Part shown: positions 1-20,392 of the stretch, piece by piece
How positions within the stretch are numbered: the stretch's first letter is position 1
Layout of the letters: each line of letters starts with the position of its first letter
Notes under the pieces: generated by a model
What the model was told of the DNA's origin: nothing
The model's input: the letters and a program-made list of their open reading frames with translations, nothing else
The model's database searches: none
Translations under genes and position numbers: made by a program
From: Macrostomum lignano
Lineage: Eukaryota
DNA length: 64,000 bases
Assembly: GCA_002269645.1 (NCBI GenBank)
Contig: NIVC01000337.1
Span: 558,001-622,000 of the forward strand
Direction: 5' to 3'

Positions 1-298
1 CCGGCGAGAGGCATTACTGCCCATTCCGCCGACTCCCCTGAGCAGGCATACAAGCGCGCGGATACGTACGCAGGCACACACTCACACAGGAGTGTACAGC
101 GGCCCTAACTTTATATTCTCGTTAGGCATGTACACTTCACTGCGCCTTGGGGGGTTGGCTCTCAAGGCCGTTAATTGCACGAGCAGAGCCAAGCCGAGAT
201 TCCAATTCAGCCCCATATTAATGTGACTGCACTTGGAATCGAGCCTGGGTCGCTGGCACACCAGAGCAGCTGCGCTACCGCTGGGCTGCGGCCCCCCC
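1..298 (-). mobile_element. tRNA-derived SINE-like element (runs off the window start)
   Basis: The minus strand reads GGCCGCAGCCCAGCGGTAGCGC (A-box/D-arm-like) ... GGCTCGATTCC (B-box-like, 245..235). The anticodon and T arms are degenerate, so this is not a functional tRNA. It shares downstream segments with the elements at 48843 and 62040. Confidence 0.6.
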
Positions 299-1014
299 AA
301 GCCTCCTAGATCTAAAAAAAAAAAATAATAACTAATTCAACACAACTAATGGTTGCTTAGTCCACATAATTCACGGCTGATTAATCTGTTTAAAGAGTAT
401 CATTTCAATACAGTTTATTAACTAACAAAATCAATGCACAGCACCATACAGAAATCAAGGACAACAGGTGCAACAGTTGCTACCAGTGGTCCTTGACCCA
501 AATACTCGTATAAGAAATTTCAATCAACAGGTATCTATGCGATAAGGCTCTAACTACAGGCTAGGGTGGATAAATATTTTATACTCAATTATGCTAAGGC
601 TACATAAGATTTCTTATATAAGCAACTAAAATTCTATAAAACCTGCCTTGGCTAACCAAAATGGTTTATAGACTAAAATATCAGTACACCTTGATTGTCA
701 ATTATAAACGGACTACGAGAAAACAAAATTTCACAATGAAAGGAAAGAATGCTTCAATGCATATTTCCAATCACTGAATAACAATTTGACATGCAATCAA
801 AATGGTCTGTTTTGGAATCTGAAACTAGATATCATAACAAAATTATGTTGCCATGGGGATTTACAGAGCAGCTCAAGGACGAATCCTAGAAAGGATCTCA
901 GATTCGAAGCGAGAGAATCTACACTCGCAGATTCCCAGACGGCAGTGAGCTGCGAAATCCGCTATGCTAGACGTGAAAGGAACTCGAAATCCTCTCATTC
1001 ATCATCTGATCCTC

Positions 1015-1385
1015 TCAGGAACCCTAAATCCGCTCCAGTAGGAACCCTAAATCCGCCCCCCAGTAGGAACCCTAAATCCGCCCCCCCAGTAGGAACCCTA
1101 AATCCGCCCCAGTAGGAACCCTGAATACGCCCCCTAGTAGGAACCCTAAATCCGCCCCCGCCCCAGTAGGAACCCTAAATCCGCCCCATCCCAGTAGGAA
1201 CCCTAAACCCGCCCCAGTAGGAACCCTAAATCCGCCTAAGTAGTATAGGAACCCTAAATCCGCCCCCCAGTAGGAACCTCAAATCCGACATAGTAGGAAC
1301 CCTAAATCCGCCCCCCAGTAGGAATCTCAAATCCGACATAGTAGGAACCCTAAATCCCCCCAGTAGAAACCCCAAATCCGCCCTT
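1015..1385 (+). repeat. ~24-26 bp minisatellite (AGTAGGAACCCTAAATCCGCCCCC)n, ~14 copies, downstream of GSR
   Basis: Direct reading of tandem units with small indels. Confidence 0.95.
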
Positions 1386-1502
1386 TTGACATCCGAAATT
1401 CGCTGTAAAAGGAATGCAAAATCCTGCGCAATGCTCAGAGCATGCTCAGATACTCAGTTCAGCATCTCTCCACGCCCCCAGCCCCCGAGTCCAGCGAAGA
1501 CT

Positions 1503-5855
<4,353 letters not shown>

Positions 5856-6596
5856 TCAAATTATGAAGTCGTTTTTTTGGTAAACTTATTGCAATAATTT
5901 GAAACACAAGAAATTATATGTTGAGCAGAGAAGACCAGGGTTGTATTGTTAGACAATTAACTAGCAATAAGTAAATTTGTATGCCTATACTTATATATAT
6001 TATATACATTAGACTAGATTGTTTAAATTGCAGACTAGTATAAAATACTGCATAATTAGTAGTTTAAGACACATTAATACTATTGACTCTATATATACTT
6101 TTTCTTAGTACTTTATTTATAGTAAAAATATCAACATTGCATTCATAAAATTTATATTAGGGAACTTTTATTTGATATCCTATTAAAAAGTAGAGTCATG
6201 GGAGAAAATATATTAAATAATAATAGCAATTTATATAGTGGAGCCTAAGTAACTTATACACAAATGAAATATCATTCTGCTCATAGTGACATCAAAATAT
6301 TCAATGGCATAGGCAAGGGGGAAGATAAGGGGATACTAGTATATCCCCCTATGGGGCTATGGGGGTCTAGTGTGGGGGCATGAAATTCATACCTGTAGTA
6401 CACCTTTCCACATTCCAAACCAAAGAGTACCAAAGAGTAGCCCTATGATCCGGCTAGTAAACTTGCATTTTTAACTAGATCATAGATACATTTGTGTAGA
6501 TTTTATTGTTGAAAACATTCATCTAAAATAGACTATCTATTACAATATCTATCTTTTCCAAAATTTGAAGCTACCTTACCTTATCTATACCTTACA

Positions 6597-8141
6597 CACA
6601 GAATATACACAGAATGCAAATCTCACATTTTGAGAACATTTTTTGCACAAGAATGGTATTCTATACTGGCTACTCTTGTTGTGAAGAAAAACTAAGTAGG
6701 CTGAATGGCACTTTACCAATTCTTTGCCATTTATTGCGGGTTTGTCCCACAGAATATAGGAAGGCTTGATAGAACCAACTCACCCCCTTATAAACTGTGC
6801 TATTTTTAGAAACTACTGGCCCTGCCTTCTGCTGCCTCTGTACTCTAAGTTAGTGCTATAGACAGCATACCTTGGGCATTCTAGCATGAGCTCGTGGCAT
6901 GAAAGCATGCAGGTCAAATGCATTATTGATCGCGCTAGCCTGTCTTTGCTGTTTTGCATTCTTTATAGCACAAGCTAGTGCTGCTGAAGCTAGGTTTGGC
7001 TTCAAAAGTGCTAATACTGAAGGCATATCTGCTAGAGTTGAATATGCAGCTTATTATGATACTGTTTTGCATGCCTGCGTCTGCTTTGAGGCTTCAGTGT
7101 GCACTGCGTATGGATGCCCCAACTACGCTGGCAAGTGTCTGCTAGGCACTAGATTTCACCAGTTTCCAGCAGCCAGAGAGCATCCAAGGCTGCAGTGAGC
7201 CAAGAAGCTCCAGATCCAATCCACCTGCAGGGCAACACTTGTGACTCAGATCTAACAGAAGCAGGTGATAAGCTCTTTGCTACATCGGATAACTTAGATC
7301 ACAAGAAGTGTGCATATGTCGGCAGTTGGTTGCTGTTCTGCTTCTTTAAAACCAAGTGCAAGTGTGAGGTGTGCTAGCAGGAACTGAAGGGAGCAATTTG
7401 ATTGGACACACTTCCTGCGACTGAAGTACAAGCGAGATGACAGCTTAGTCACCCCAAGCAGAGCAGTTATCAGAGCTGTCACTGAGATGGAATGCCAATT
7501 CAAATTGCTGGAAGTGCCAAAGTTCATGCCTGCTGGTGTGTCACACAGAATCAGCAAATTATTGGCCGATTGCAACATATTGCGACTCATTGCACTGAGC
7601 ACTCAGAGAGATGCGTGATGGGCATTGCGAGGCTATTCTCAAAGCTGCACTTATACCATTGCTGCAATGGGCACAGGATTGCGGCTCAAGAGAGAAAGCA
7701 AGGGCAAGCATTTTGCAATGAGCAATCAAGGAAGTTCAAGAGGATGAGTGTGATTGCATGAGATTTGCAATTTCTGTTGCGCCTAGCATTTCCTGCCTTG
7801 CGTGCAGGGCTAAAACTTAACCTATTGTTATATGTTTGTTACTTTCATTTTTTAGCTTATATATATATGGCAATGAGGTTATAACAGTTGTTACTACTGC
7901 TCATGACTTTGCGTACACACCATTATAAACAAATTAATTACAATGATAGCATAGCATTTATCTGCAGCATCAAAATGATGACTCAAAGCTTTCAAAGGCT
8001 GTCTTGAGCTCAATTTTTATATTCAACTTTGCATTTAAAAAATCACAGCTATTTATCAGCTTCACAACATTAGTAGTGCAAGTGCATTTATTTTCACTTT
8101 CATAGAGAACTGCCAATTTGCCATTCTATGTATATTCTATG
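6597..8141 (+). mobile_element. Internally deleted, decayed P-superfamily (THAP9/P-element-like) DNA transposon
   Basis: TIRs: 6597-6621 CACAGAATATACACAGAATGCAAAT versus the reverse complement of 8116-8141 CATAGAATATACATAGAATGGCAAAT (2 transitions, 1 indel). Flanks ACCTTACA/ACCTGACC match 6/8 (decayed 8-bp TSD). Internal remnants: THAP start CTAYGCPN...RFHQFP...Q* (7100-7198), and P-type C-terminal pieces CAYVGSW...KCKCEVC, LVTPSRAV...EMECQF and CTEH...IARLFSKLHLYHCC across frameshifts and stops. Confidence 0.8.
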
Positions 8142-8811
8142 ACCTGACCTTATTATAGCCAATAGGAAATGAGGAAATATATAGACCTACTTCTATCGAT
8201 GCAGCCATTCAGAGCTGTGGCCATCTTCTTAGTTTGTGGCAATCATGGTCATGCGCCAACAAATTAGAAAAATAACCATTTAGACTATAGCTATAAAGGA
8301 ATATTATAATATCATTTATTAAACGATTCTTTCTAAAAAACAGAAAAAAATTACTAGATTAAAAATTTTTTTAATTTAGTAGTTATATTTGCTAGGCCTA
8401 CGAAGTTTTTTTCTTCCACCAGACACTAAAACATTTTCATATAAATTGGTTAAAAGCAAACAGAGGCCAAAAGAGTAATACAGTATTACTTAGCTGCTGT
8501 CAGTGTCAGTAACACTTTAAAAGCATATTAGGTATTATGACTATGATAAATTCAATAGATTCAAAAACTTAGCTATAAGCAACCCGACTTCTATTGTAAT
8601 TTATACCATTTTTAGTTTTATATATAACCTATAGGATTAAACATAGGCCTATTTTACAATACTAATAGTGTAAACTTTAATAATTGGATGGAACGAGTAG
8701 GGGCCTACATAAAACATTCTGTGCTAAAAAATGTAAACGTAGTAATAAATTAAATAAAGTATTTGGAAGATGTATCCTCAACATTGTAACTGTTGTAATA
8801 AACTTTAAATA

Positions 8812-11800
8812 GGGGCAAAGTCAAAACGAGGGCATCGCGAGTTTACACCGTTCAAACTTTGTAATACCAAGTTTTATCTGTTTTTTAATGAGTATGACTG
8901 GTTTAATCTTCCATTAAACCGTGAAATATAAATAATATTACCATAATTAAAAAAAAATTAGTCTTTTTCGCCCCTCTAAAAGACAAAATATGTCCTTTTT
9001 TCAGCGATAATTTTTTTGGCGGAAATTCAACTACGCTGACCACGTGCGAAAAATGTCTATATGATTTACAAATTAGGGCTACAAAAATGTAGGAATTAAG
9101 GTAGATATTGAAAGTTTTAAGTTAATTTGCGTTAAATGCATGCATGAGTAATGATTTTATTGTACAAACCCTGTTGGAGTTCGAATATTCTTCGTTTTGG
9201 TGGTAAACATTAATTATGACATCCCACATGTATGCTCATATGAGAATAGGTTAAAGACTAATCTACATTGATGTATCTAATAGGATTATTCACTTTTCTA
9301 TTTTAGAAATAATTTAGCATTAAATCCAAGCTTTTTTATTAAAAAACCCTAACATATTACCTACTGTATAATATTCTACAACAATATAAAGATACTTTTT
9401 AATAGTTAGGGAGCACAAAGTGATTTTCTCCAGTAGTCTGTTGTAACAAAATGAATAATTGCCAGCTTTTAGAATTACAATATGTTATTACACACTTATC
9501 AAGCTTGAAGCATTTTTTTTCTTTACTAAATGGCACTCTTTGTTGGCTCCTGAATGTCATATATGTTAGTTTTTGTCATGATTTTTTTCTCCGGAAGCCC
9601 ACTGTGTGGAGCATGTACAATGAAAAGCTTAGATATTTCATAAAGGCACTGCAAAGAACCCTATAAAGAAGCATTTTTTTTGCTTTACAGCAGGGAGGAC
9701 CTAATTTAATTTTATTGCCAATTAATGTACAATTTGTATCGAATTAGGATTTAGTTAGTTATTTTTGATGATATTTATTTTGCTTTAAATTTTATGCTGA
9801 ATAAGTTGAGTTAATTTTTGTAAAAATTGCTTTAAACATTTATTTATTGACTGTCAGTTAAAATTTTTAATGACTAGCTATTCTAGTCTAAGGCCACCAA
9901 AGATAGTAGAATATCAAAGATTAATCAGAGACGTCACTTACTAACACCAACTAATCAGGTCTGATTGACTTTAAATTTACTTAGAACCAAATTCATTGGT
10001 TTTTTTAATTGAAATCAGATTTACCTAGGATCAATAATTTTGGGGCATCATGAAGATTATAACATTAGAATAACTTATGTAATCATGCTCAAATAACTTG
10101 ATACTCGTAATTTAATATCTTGAAATCTACAAGAAGACAGCAAAAAATACAGACAAAGCGTTCACTCATTATCTCTCTGACAGTAAAATGTTCCATCTCC
10201 ACAGTGTACCTTTCAGCTATGAAAGAAAAAGAAGAAAACAAGAAACAGCTAGAGATGAAAATATTACGGAAAAGTATAAGATGAAAAGAAAAAGGAAAGG
10301 AGAGAATGCTACTGCTACTAGCAGTAGTGCATAAAATACGGAGAGAGAAAAAATATGCCAATATATCTGAGCTGAAATTCCCGTTCTCATTATATGTATT
10401 TTCTAACCTTTTCAGAGCATGCCATTTAGGCCATCTAGGAAACAGGTGAAGCAGGAACAGCAGCAGCGCTACATAGAAAAAAAATTTGACAGCTATGCTG
10501 ACTACCTGCAGCATGAGAGACGGCGCGCCTATCGACGCTACCATGGCTGTTCACCACCACCAGATGCCGGAGAAAGGACGACACGGTCAAAACTTTCCCG
10601 CTCTGATGCTGCCCGGTTACGAGAGCGCAGGAAGTTGGTTGAGCACTACGACGATGCTATCTTTAGTCATCAGCGGACCATCAACAAGTTGCGTCTCAAA
10701 CTGCGCAGAGAGCAGCGCCAATCAGCTAAGGCGGAGCGCCGACACAAAGATGCTGAAATGGCGAGGCATGTAATACAGGATGCGATTGCCAGAGTACGGC
10801 GTTTTTCCATCTGCCGGAAGATGACACGGTGCATTGTGGCAAGCACACCAGTTGGGGCACAGCGCAAGGCAGTGCTGAAGTTTTTTGGTGCAACAGCGAA
10901 AATTCTGAAAAGGCAAGCAGTAAAACGAATCAAAGAGAGACAACAGCACATTGTCGACTTCTTTTATGACGATGAAAATTCCCGTGCCAGTGCTGCAAAG
11001 CATGAGACAATCACGGGCGTCGACCGCGTGACTGGCGAAAAGGAGAAGCGGCAGAAGCGATACTTGTGTGACACCCTGAAGTCGCTGCATAGCAAGTACC
11101 TCGCCGAGTTTCCTGAGCGTCGCCAGATCAGCCTCTCTACATTTAGACGGTGGAAACCGTTCGAGGTAAATTTAATTAATTATCTGATACTGCTATGAAC
11201 TGTGCCAGCTTGTGCAGCTAACATATCATTTTACACCCTCCCTTGATTGACAAAGCCCAAATCTAATCGATTTCTACGTACAGTACTTCTTCGCTGCTAT
11301 ATATGTTATTCCTACGAAAAAATAAATTAAAAAAATATGAGACCGACACTTCAATCTAGAGACTTTGGTGTACAACTCCGACTCAATTCCAATTCAATCG
11401 AATTTGTCTCAATTCATTACAGGTAGTCAAGCCGCGTCTCTGCGACAGGCCGCTGTGCATGTGCATGCAATGCACAAATTTGGAGTATCTGGCGAAGGCT
11501 ATGCACACTGCTCGCCTGATACCCTGCACCAGCCTTCGCGATCTGCTGCAGCTCTTCGTCTGCAGGGACGATTCTCCTGCCTGCCTCATGCGTGCCTGTG
11601 ATGACTGCAGGACGAAGTCGCCAGTTGTCAACGAGGTAGCGGCTGCGAAGCCTCGCGTGACGTATGAGGCTTGGAGACAGCGCACGGACGGTCGCAGCGG
11701 TGTAGAGGTGGTCAAGTTGATAGCAGAGTGCCAGGAAGCAGTCAGTCTGCTTCACTGCAAACTGCGAGCCTTTGCCTCCCACTTTCACCGCATTAGGAAC

Positions 11801-13521
11801 CAGTTTCGCGCAATAAAGTTCCTCAAGTTGACGCTGCAGCCTGGCCACCTTTTACTGCACGTCGACTTCTCGGAGAATTATGCGGCAAAATACAGCAAAG
11901 AGGTGCAGTCAGCGCACTTTGGCGATCAAGACAGTATAGTCCTGCATCAGGGAGTTGGATACGTCAGTGGATGGAAGCCGACTTCATTTATTACTGTTTC
12001 GGACGTCAAGGCTAAGACTGCCGATGCAATTGCCGCGCACCTCAAGCCTGTACTACTGTTTTTTCTGAACGAGTGCGAAGATCTGGGCGTCCCCATTCGC
12101 CGGGTGTCGATGCTTAGCGACTCACCATCCAGTCAATATCGCAGCAGGAAGATGATATATATCTTCAATCGTCTACTGCTGCACCTTGACATTACTGAGT
12201 GGCAATGGTTGTACACCGAGGCTGGCCATGGCAAAGGAGCTGCCGATGGTGTCGGCGCGGCTGTTAAGCGCCGCTGTGATCAAATCGTTGTCAGCCGAGG
12301 CAATGTCATCACGCCACAGGACGTCCTATCGGCTATACGATCGGCTGACAATCCGCTAAAGGTGTTATCTTGGTTGATTGAGGAGCGGGATATTCAGGAG
12401 TTCCGCAACATACTGGAGATGCTGAAGTTGTCCGACATGCGGGACATCTCCAAGATGCATCACGTATGGCGAACCGAAAAATGCCCCCCACTGCAGGTTC
12501 AGTATCGAGCACTCACCTGCACATGCCTACCAGGAACACCATGTTCTTGTCCTGCTCCTCTGCTCTGGACGCCAATCAACGCCACACGGAATTCTCGCAC
12601 TAGTGCTAGTACTGTTGTTGCCTCTTCCTCTGTCGCTGATAGTGAACAGGGCCAGGGACGAAGCGGTGGATGCGGACGCAGGCATGGACGAGGCCGTGGC
12701 CGTGGAAGAGGGCGTGGCGCTCGGAGTGCTGTCGCCGAGGTTAATGCATGCGATGCTGAGATCTGTCTGCAGCCATCAGATGCCCAGTGGGTGCAGTGCG
12801 ATGGTTGCAAGCGCTGGTTGCACTCTCAGTGTGTCGATCTGCCTCCGCAAACTGACATCAGCCGGCAAAGGAACTTCTTCTGCGATGTCAGCTGCATGAA
12901 TGCTCGAGAATTGTAAAGTATGACGTCGATTACACGCGACGATGGTGTTAGTTGAGGAAAGTACATGTAGTTTTAAACTTCTTACATTACTTTTAAGCCA
13001 AGGAGAGAAAATGTCATAAAACGAGAAAAACACTTAGCTCCGGCTGTACTCGATGCGATAAATGTATTGTAGAAACAGAATATAATCCTTACGATAACGA
13101 CACAACCTATGGAGATAAAACTTCCGTACTGTAGCTACACTATAAAGTACGATGGAAAGTAAAGAGGAAGATAAAAAACAACTCTATACTCGTAAAGAGC
13201 ACTCAAGACAGAATGCCAGTGTACGAGTACGAGTACCAAATAGAGAAAACGAACATATAGCTACGATAGCCCGGCACAAGCCCAAAATATTCCATATTTT
13301 CATTTGTCTCAGATATAATAGCCTTCCAAGTCAAAATCAATTTTGAAGCTAAATACTCGTATGCATGTATGTGTAAGTAAAGTAAGACGAGGTAAACCGA
13401 TACCCCCGATTTGACATAAGTGAACATTTTTAAACCATGCGCTTAAAGTTCCGTACAGATCAGAACAGAAAATCCATGTGGCTGTCTCAAGAAGGGTAGA
13501 CAAGTTATTTGGCTATGCCCC
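8812..13521 (+). mobile_element. Candidate boundaries of the Sola2-like element
   Basis: Right end 13501-13521 (reverse complement GGGGCATAGCCAAATAACTTG). Two possible left partners: 8812-8825 GGGGCAAAGTCAAA (12/14) or 10090-10100 CAAATAACTTG (11/11). No 4-bp TSD is visible; the 8812/13521 pair has only TA on each side. Confidence 0.35.
10419..12916 (+). CDS. DDD transposase (Sola2-like) with C-terminal PHD finger, 2 exons, ~746 aa, apparently intact
   Basis: Exons 10419-11165 and 11423-12916 joined by a phase-0 GT-AG intron give ...FRRWKPFE|VVKPRLCDRPLCMCMQCTN. Catalytic motifs HVDFSENY (D at 11864), SDSPSSQYR (D at 12119) and GHGKGAADGVGAAVKR (D at 12245). GR-rich tract at ~12669-12722. 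C4HC3 PHD CDAEIC...WVQCDGCKRWLHSQCV...FFCDVSC at 12749-12895. The Sola2 assignment is from motif recall, not a search. Confidence 0.85.
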
Positions 13522-16331
13522 TATCCAGTTTCAAGTTTCAAGTTTCAAGACAAATTCGAATCTCACAAAGCTCTAAATAAAGCTTTTAAGGCCTTTTAAT
13601 TTTTAAAAAGAAAAAGACGAACAGACAACAACAATAGGTTTTAGAAGTTTTAGGCACAAGTATTAAAGTCCTGAAGCAGATCAATTAACTTAAATTCAAA
13701 GCAATATTTTCGGTATATCTCAGGCCTACACAATAGGCCTACACAATAGCACGCTGACAAACATAAGGTCCTTAAAAAGAAAAAGGTGCGCCTCGTGGTA
13801 TGTGCGAAAATGTAGGCCACATAGCCACCAGAATTCGCGGTGCCATAATCCAAAAGTAAGCTGCGCAGCACCTCCTGAACCAGCTGTGGCCTGTGGGCAG
13901 AAGTGGGCTGCTAAGTGGAGTCGCCAACATTGCAACAGTTTGTTTGGATAGACTAGGTTTGTACATAAATAAAGTGCTTGATTCACTCAACCAATTGTGA
14001 AGATGAAATGCAGGAACTCCACTAGTTTCATTGTTTACATTGGGCTTTAAGTAGGTAAGGCCTAAGGCCTAGAGCTCAGAATGAAAGGCATATGAAGAGC
14101 AGTCTCAAAGAAGTCCTGGCATTGCTTGAATAAAAGTGAAAAACATCATTTTAAATAAGGTTAAATAATTTCTATTAGAGCAGATTAGGAATATAAAATA
14201 GATTACAATATAAATTAAATCTGTTAGTAGACATTAAATCCCTGATTTTTTATCAAAACTATCCAATAGGAAATATTGCTATATTCAAATGCATTTCTGA
14301 AGAGAATAGATATTGCTTTTTGCTTCTTATATTGTAATTATGTTCTAAGTTCTTAAAACTCTAGTTGTAACTTGTAATATATCATGAATGAAAATATATT
14401 AATCTTTTTCAAAATATTCCAAGCCACTTTTTATATTCTATTTACATTTTAATATACAAAGTTTGAAAGTTAAAAAAATTAAAAAAAGTTATTAATTGTT
14501 TTACCTGCTACTTATTAATTATTTAGCTATACATGGGGTATATTTACAAGTGCGAGTGCATAGTTATGCCTATGGGCTATAGTAAGCAGTTCAGTATTAG
14601 TTGATAATATGAATAGTCTATGGACTATGGCTATAAAAACATGTCTCAATTTCAAAGTAATTCTAAGCTTTACGAATTCGTATTTACACTACATGTCTCA
14701 TTACTACGTCATTAGCAAAAAATTATTGACATGGGCAAATCAAATGGGACATGGATAATAAAATATTAATCTGAACTAGACTACCAATATAAATTACAGC
14801 ATGGATGAAGCAATTTTATAACCAACTTAAGGACACCTACACCTATACGTAGCGTGTCATTCCATCCATTCAGTAAAATTATTTATACATCATTGTCGTT
14901 TGCCTATTTGTTCGTAAGCTAAAAAACGAGAGTATTTCAGAACACAAACAGGCGCGAAGTAAACAAATTAAGCAGTTTAACAAACTCCAACTAAATATTT
15001 ACTTTAAAAAGCATTTATTGCAATATTTATTGAACAAAAATTAGTTTTATGCATTAGTATAAAACATTTAATTGTTGAATATTATATTTAGTTCCTAATT
15101 CTGCGTCCGTACAGTTCCGTAAGAGTTAAAATTAACAAATTGGTAGGAAACTTAACAAGGGGTATATTTTGTGCTTTAAAAATGTTTTTCAAGACCACTT
15201 CACCGAGATATAAAAAATTGTAAAAAAAATTCCCAATTGAAACAACAAATTTTTTTCTACATTTTCTGACTCCCCAGTTTTGACTTTAACCGAATAAAGT
15301 GAACTGTTTGCTTGAGTTAAAAAAACTGCGAAAAGTTGTCTATAGATTCTGGCCGCGCGATACTACGCTGCTCTCGTTATTCACGTAGTAGTAGTATGTC
15401 GTATCATGATATCTGACCCTTTTTGCTGCACTTATTTGTGATATATTCCAGCAAAACTGTACACGGGTGACGTCAAAGGCTGAATATTTTATCAATAGTT
15501 GTTGTACGATGCTTTGTGTGTGTTTCACGCGACCAACCTTAGGTTGAGCTTGCATAGTTCTATAAATTGACGCGCGCGCACACAACTCTGACAGTCTTGT
15601 CCAGCTCTCGACCAAGCTTTTTACTCGCGAATACGGCAATACGCTCGTGTAAATTAGCTCATTTACTTAAATTCGCCTTATGACAGACAATGTCACAACA
15701 AGTCACAAGAATGTCGATTTAGGCCTAGGGATGAAAGAAATGAAATCAAAGCTTTGAGCAGGTTGTCTGTACCGTAAATTTTCTGCTCTATGTTCGACAT
15801 GGTGTCTCTTGAATGTTTGACATGGAGTCATGTATATGTTTGACATGGTGCTTCTTTTATTAATGTGTTGTGCATAAAAAAGAATTACTAAGCGGCTTTT
15901 GAGCCAGAAATCTTAATAAAATGCTAGATACTTACTATTTTAAGTTGTAAGCCAATTTACGTTATGTCGATAAAAAACAACATAGCTGACTATTTGTGAA
16001 AGATTTATACTATTCTACTAGTCGTTGTAGCTCGTAACGTATTACTCCAGCTCGAGTGCTCTTAAGGAATCTGATGAGCAGCCAGCAGCTAAGAGAGCAT
16101 CCAATTGGAACATTTAATGAAGTAAAAAGACAACATGCGCGATTTCTTTCTTGATGTTTAAATTAAAGCTTTCAAAACCGGGACCGGGCTTGGCCACAGA
16201 CACTTCTCAGAACTAACTGCTATTCAATCGATTTCTAAAAAATGCTCAAATTAATTTACGAGTATAAACGAAGAACACCCAGAAAGCAAAAGCGCAGCCA
16301 TTGAAAACTTAAAAGTAACTTGAATTAAAGC

Positions 16332-19102
<2,771 letters not shown>

Positions 19103-19479
19103 ACCCTCGGAGCCTTCGTTTGCCGCCTTCAGTTGGACGCTTACCATGAATTTATAATTTCGAGCATCTTGTCAATCTGCTCAAGTTGTCTTGAGCATCG
19201 TATGAACGGCCTTCTCTTCTATATTTTTCTCAAAGCCTAGAAATACTTTGATGCCGATGACAGACTGTGCTACAGAGTTTAATTTTACCGTCGGTGCCTG
19301 TTTTTACAAAATTAGATTTTTATGCTTACAAGAATGCCGCGCTCACGGCGCTGACTGCGGACTAATGGAAAGAAGTAAATTTGCCTTGCGCTTTGCTTAA
19401 CTGTTTTACATTTTTCATTATTGATTTACTCTGCCTTCCATTGGGAATAATAATCAGGGTTCAGCGCGATAGATCTTGG

Positions 19480-20035
19480 CACCCCCTTCCTGCGAGACGA
19501 GACACCCCTTCCTGTACGAGACATTCCAGAACTGCAAGATGAGACACCCCCTTCCTGTACGAGACACTACAGAACTGCAAGATGAGACACCCCCTTCCTG
19601 TACGAGACACTACAGAACTGCAAGATGAGACACCCCCTTCCTGTACGAGACATTCCAGAACTGCAAGATGAGACACCCCCTTCCTGTACGAGACACTACA
19701 GAACTGCAAGATGAGACACCCCCTTCCTGTACGAGACATTCCAGAACTGCAAGATGAGACACCCCCTTCCTGTACGAGACACTACAGAACTGCAAGATGA
19801 GACACCCCCTTCCTGTACGAGACATTCCAGAACTGCAAGATGAGACACCCCCTTCCTGTACGAGACACTACAGAACTGCAAGATGAGACACCCCCTTCCT
19901 GTACGAGACATTCCAGAACTGCAAGACGAGACACCCCCTTCCTGTGCGAGACATTCCAGAACTGCAAGACGAGACACCCCCTTCCTGTGCGAGACATTCC
20001 AGAACTGCAAGACGAGACACCCCCTTCCTGTACAG
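19480..20035 (+). repeat. 43-bp minisatellite (GAGACACCCCCTTCCTGTACGAGACATTCCAGAACTGCAAGAT)n, ~13 copies
   Basis: Tandem units with ATTCC/ACTAC variants; intergenic, upstream of the fibrinogen-domain gene. Confidence 0.96.
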
Positions 20036-20392
20036 GACCCCAGTCTCTTGTCCGAGACCCTGTTCCTGTAGAAGTCTGCTACCCAATTCAAAATTTCATT
20101 TTCCCCTGCTCTGTTTGTGCAAACGAATTTCACTTGCAAGTCAGAGAGTGGTCTCCGCACACAGCTACAGCAAATGTTTTTTCTTTGAATTTCATTTCAC
20201 CTTTTTCTCTGTGGAAAGTCCTGCCACTGTGACCGGGACTTCGCCAGCAGCTTGCTTTCACTGCCAACAAAGCCGGTCAGGCCTTAGCAACCGTTATTTA
20301 CTTTAGTAACCACCCGCCGCAGCTTTGCGGAGTCTATTTAAAGCAGCTCAGCTTAGAGGGGGAATTTCAAAGCCGAGCAGAAAACTAATAAA

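Noticed and set aside
233-298. Functional tRNA genes (also at 48843 and 62040)
   Set aside because: Only A/B-box-like motifs survive; the anticodon and T stems do not pair properly, so they are treated as SINE heads.
1020-1360. Telomeric repeats in the GSR downstream array (AACCCTAAAT)
   Set aside because: A single CCCTAA per 24-bp unit, which is homologous to the non-telomeric intron 4 unit (ACCCTGGAT); coincidental.
6899-7198. Small secreted Cys-rich protein (hydrophobic N-terminus)
   Set aside because: It lies inside the TIR-bounded P-like element, and its C-terminal half is a truncated THAP domain; the leader is probably fortuitous.
8820-15290. AAAGTCAAAAC inverted match (8818-8827 versus ~15277-15287) as TIRs of a larger element enclosing the transposase
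   Set aside because: Only about 11 bp in AT-rich DNA, with no TSD and no extension of the match; compatible with chance.
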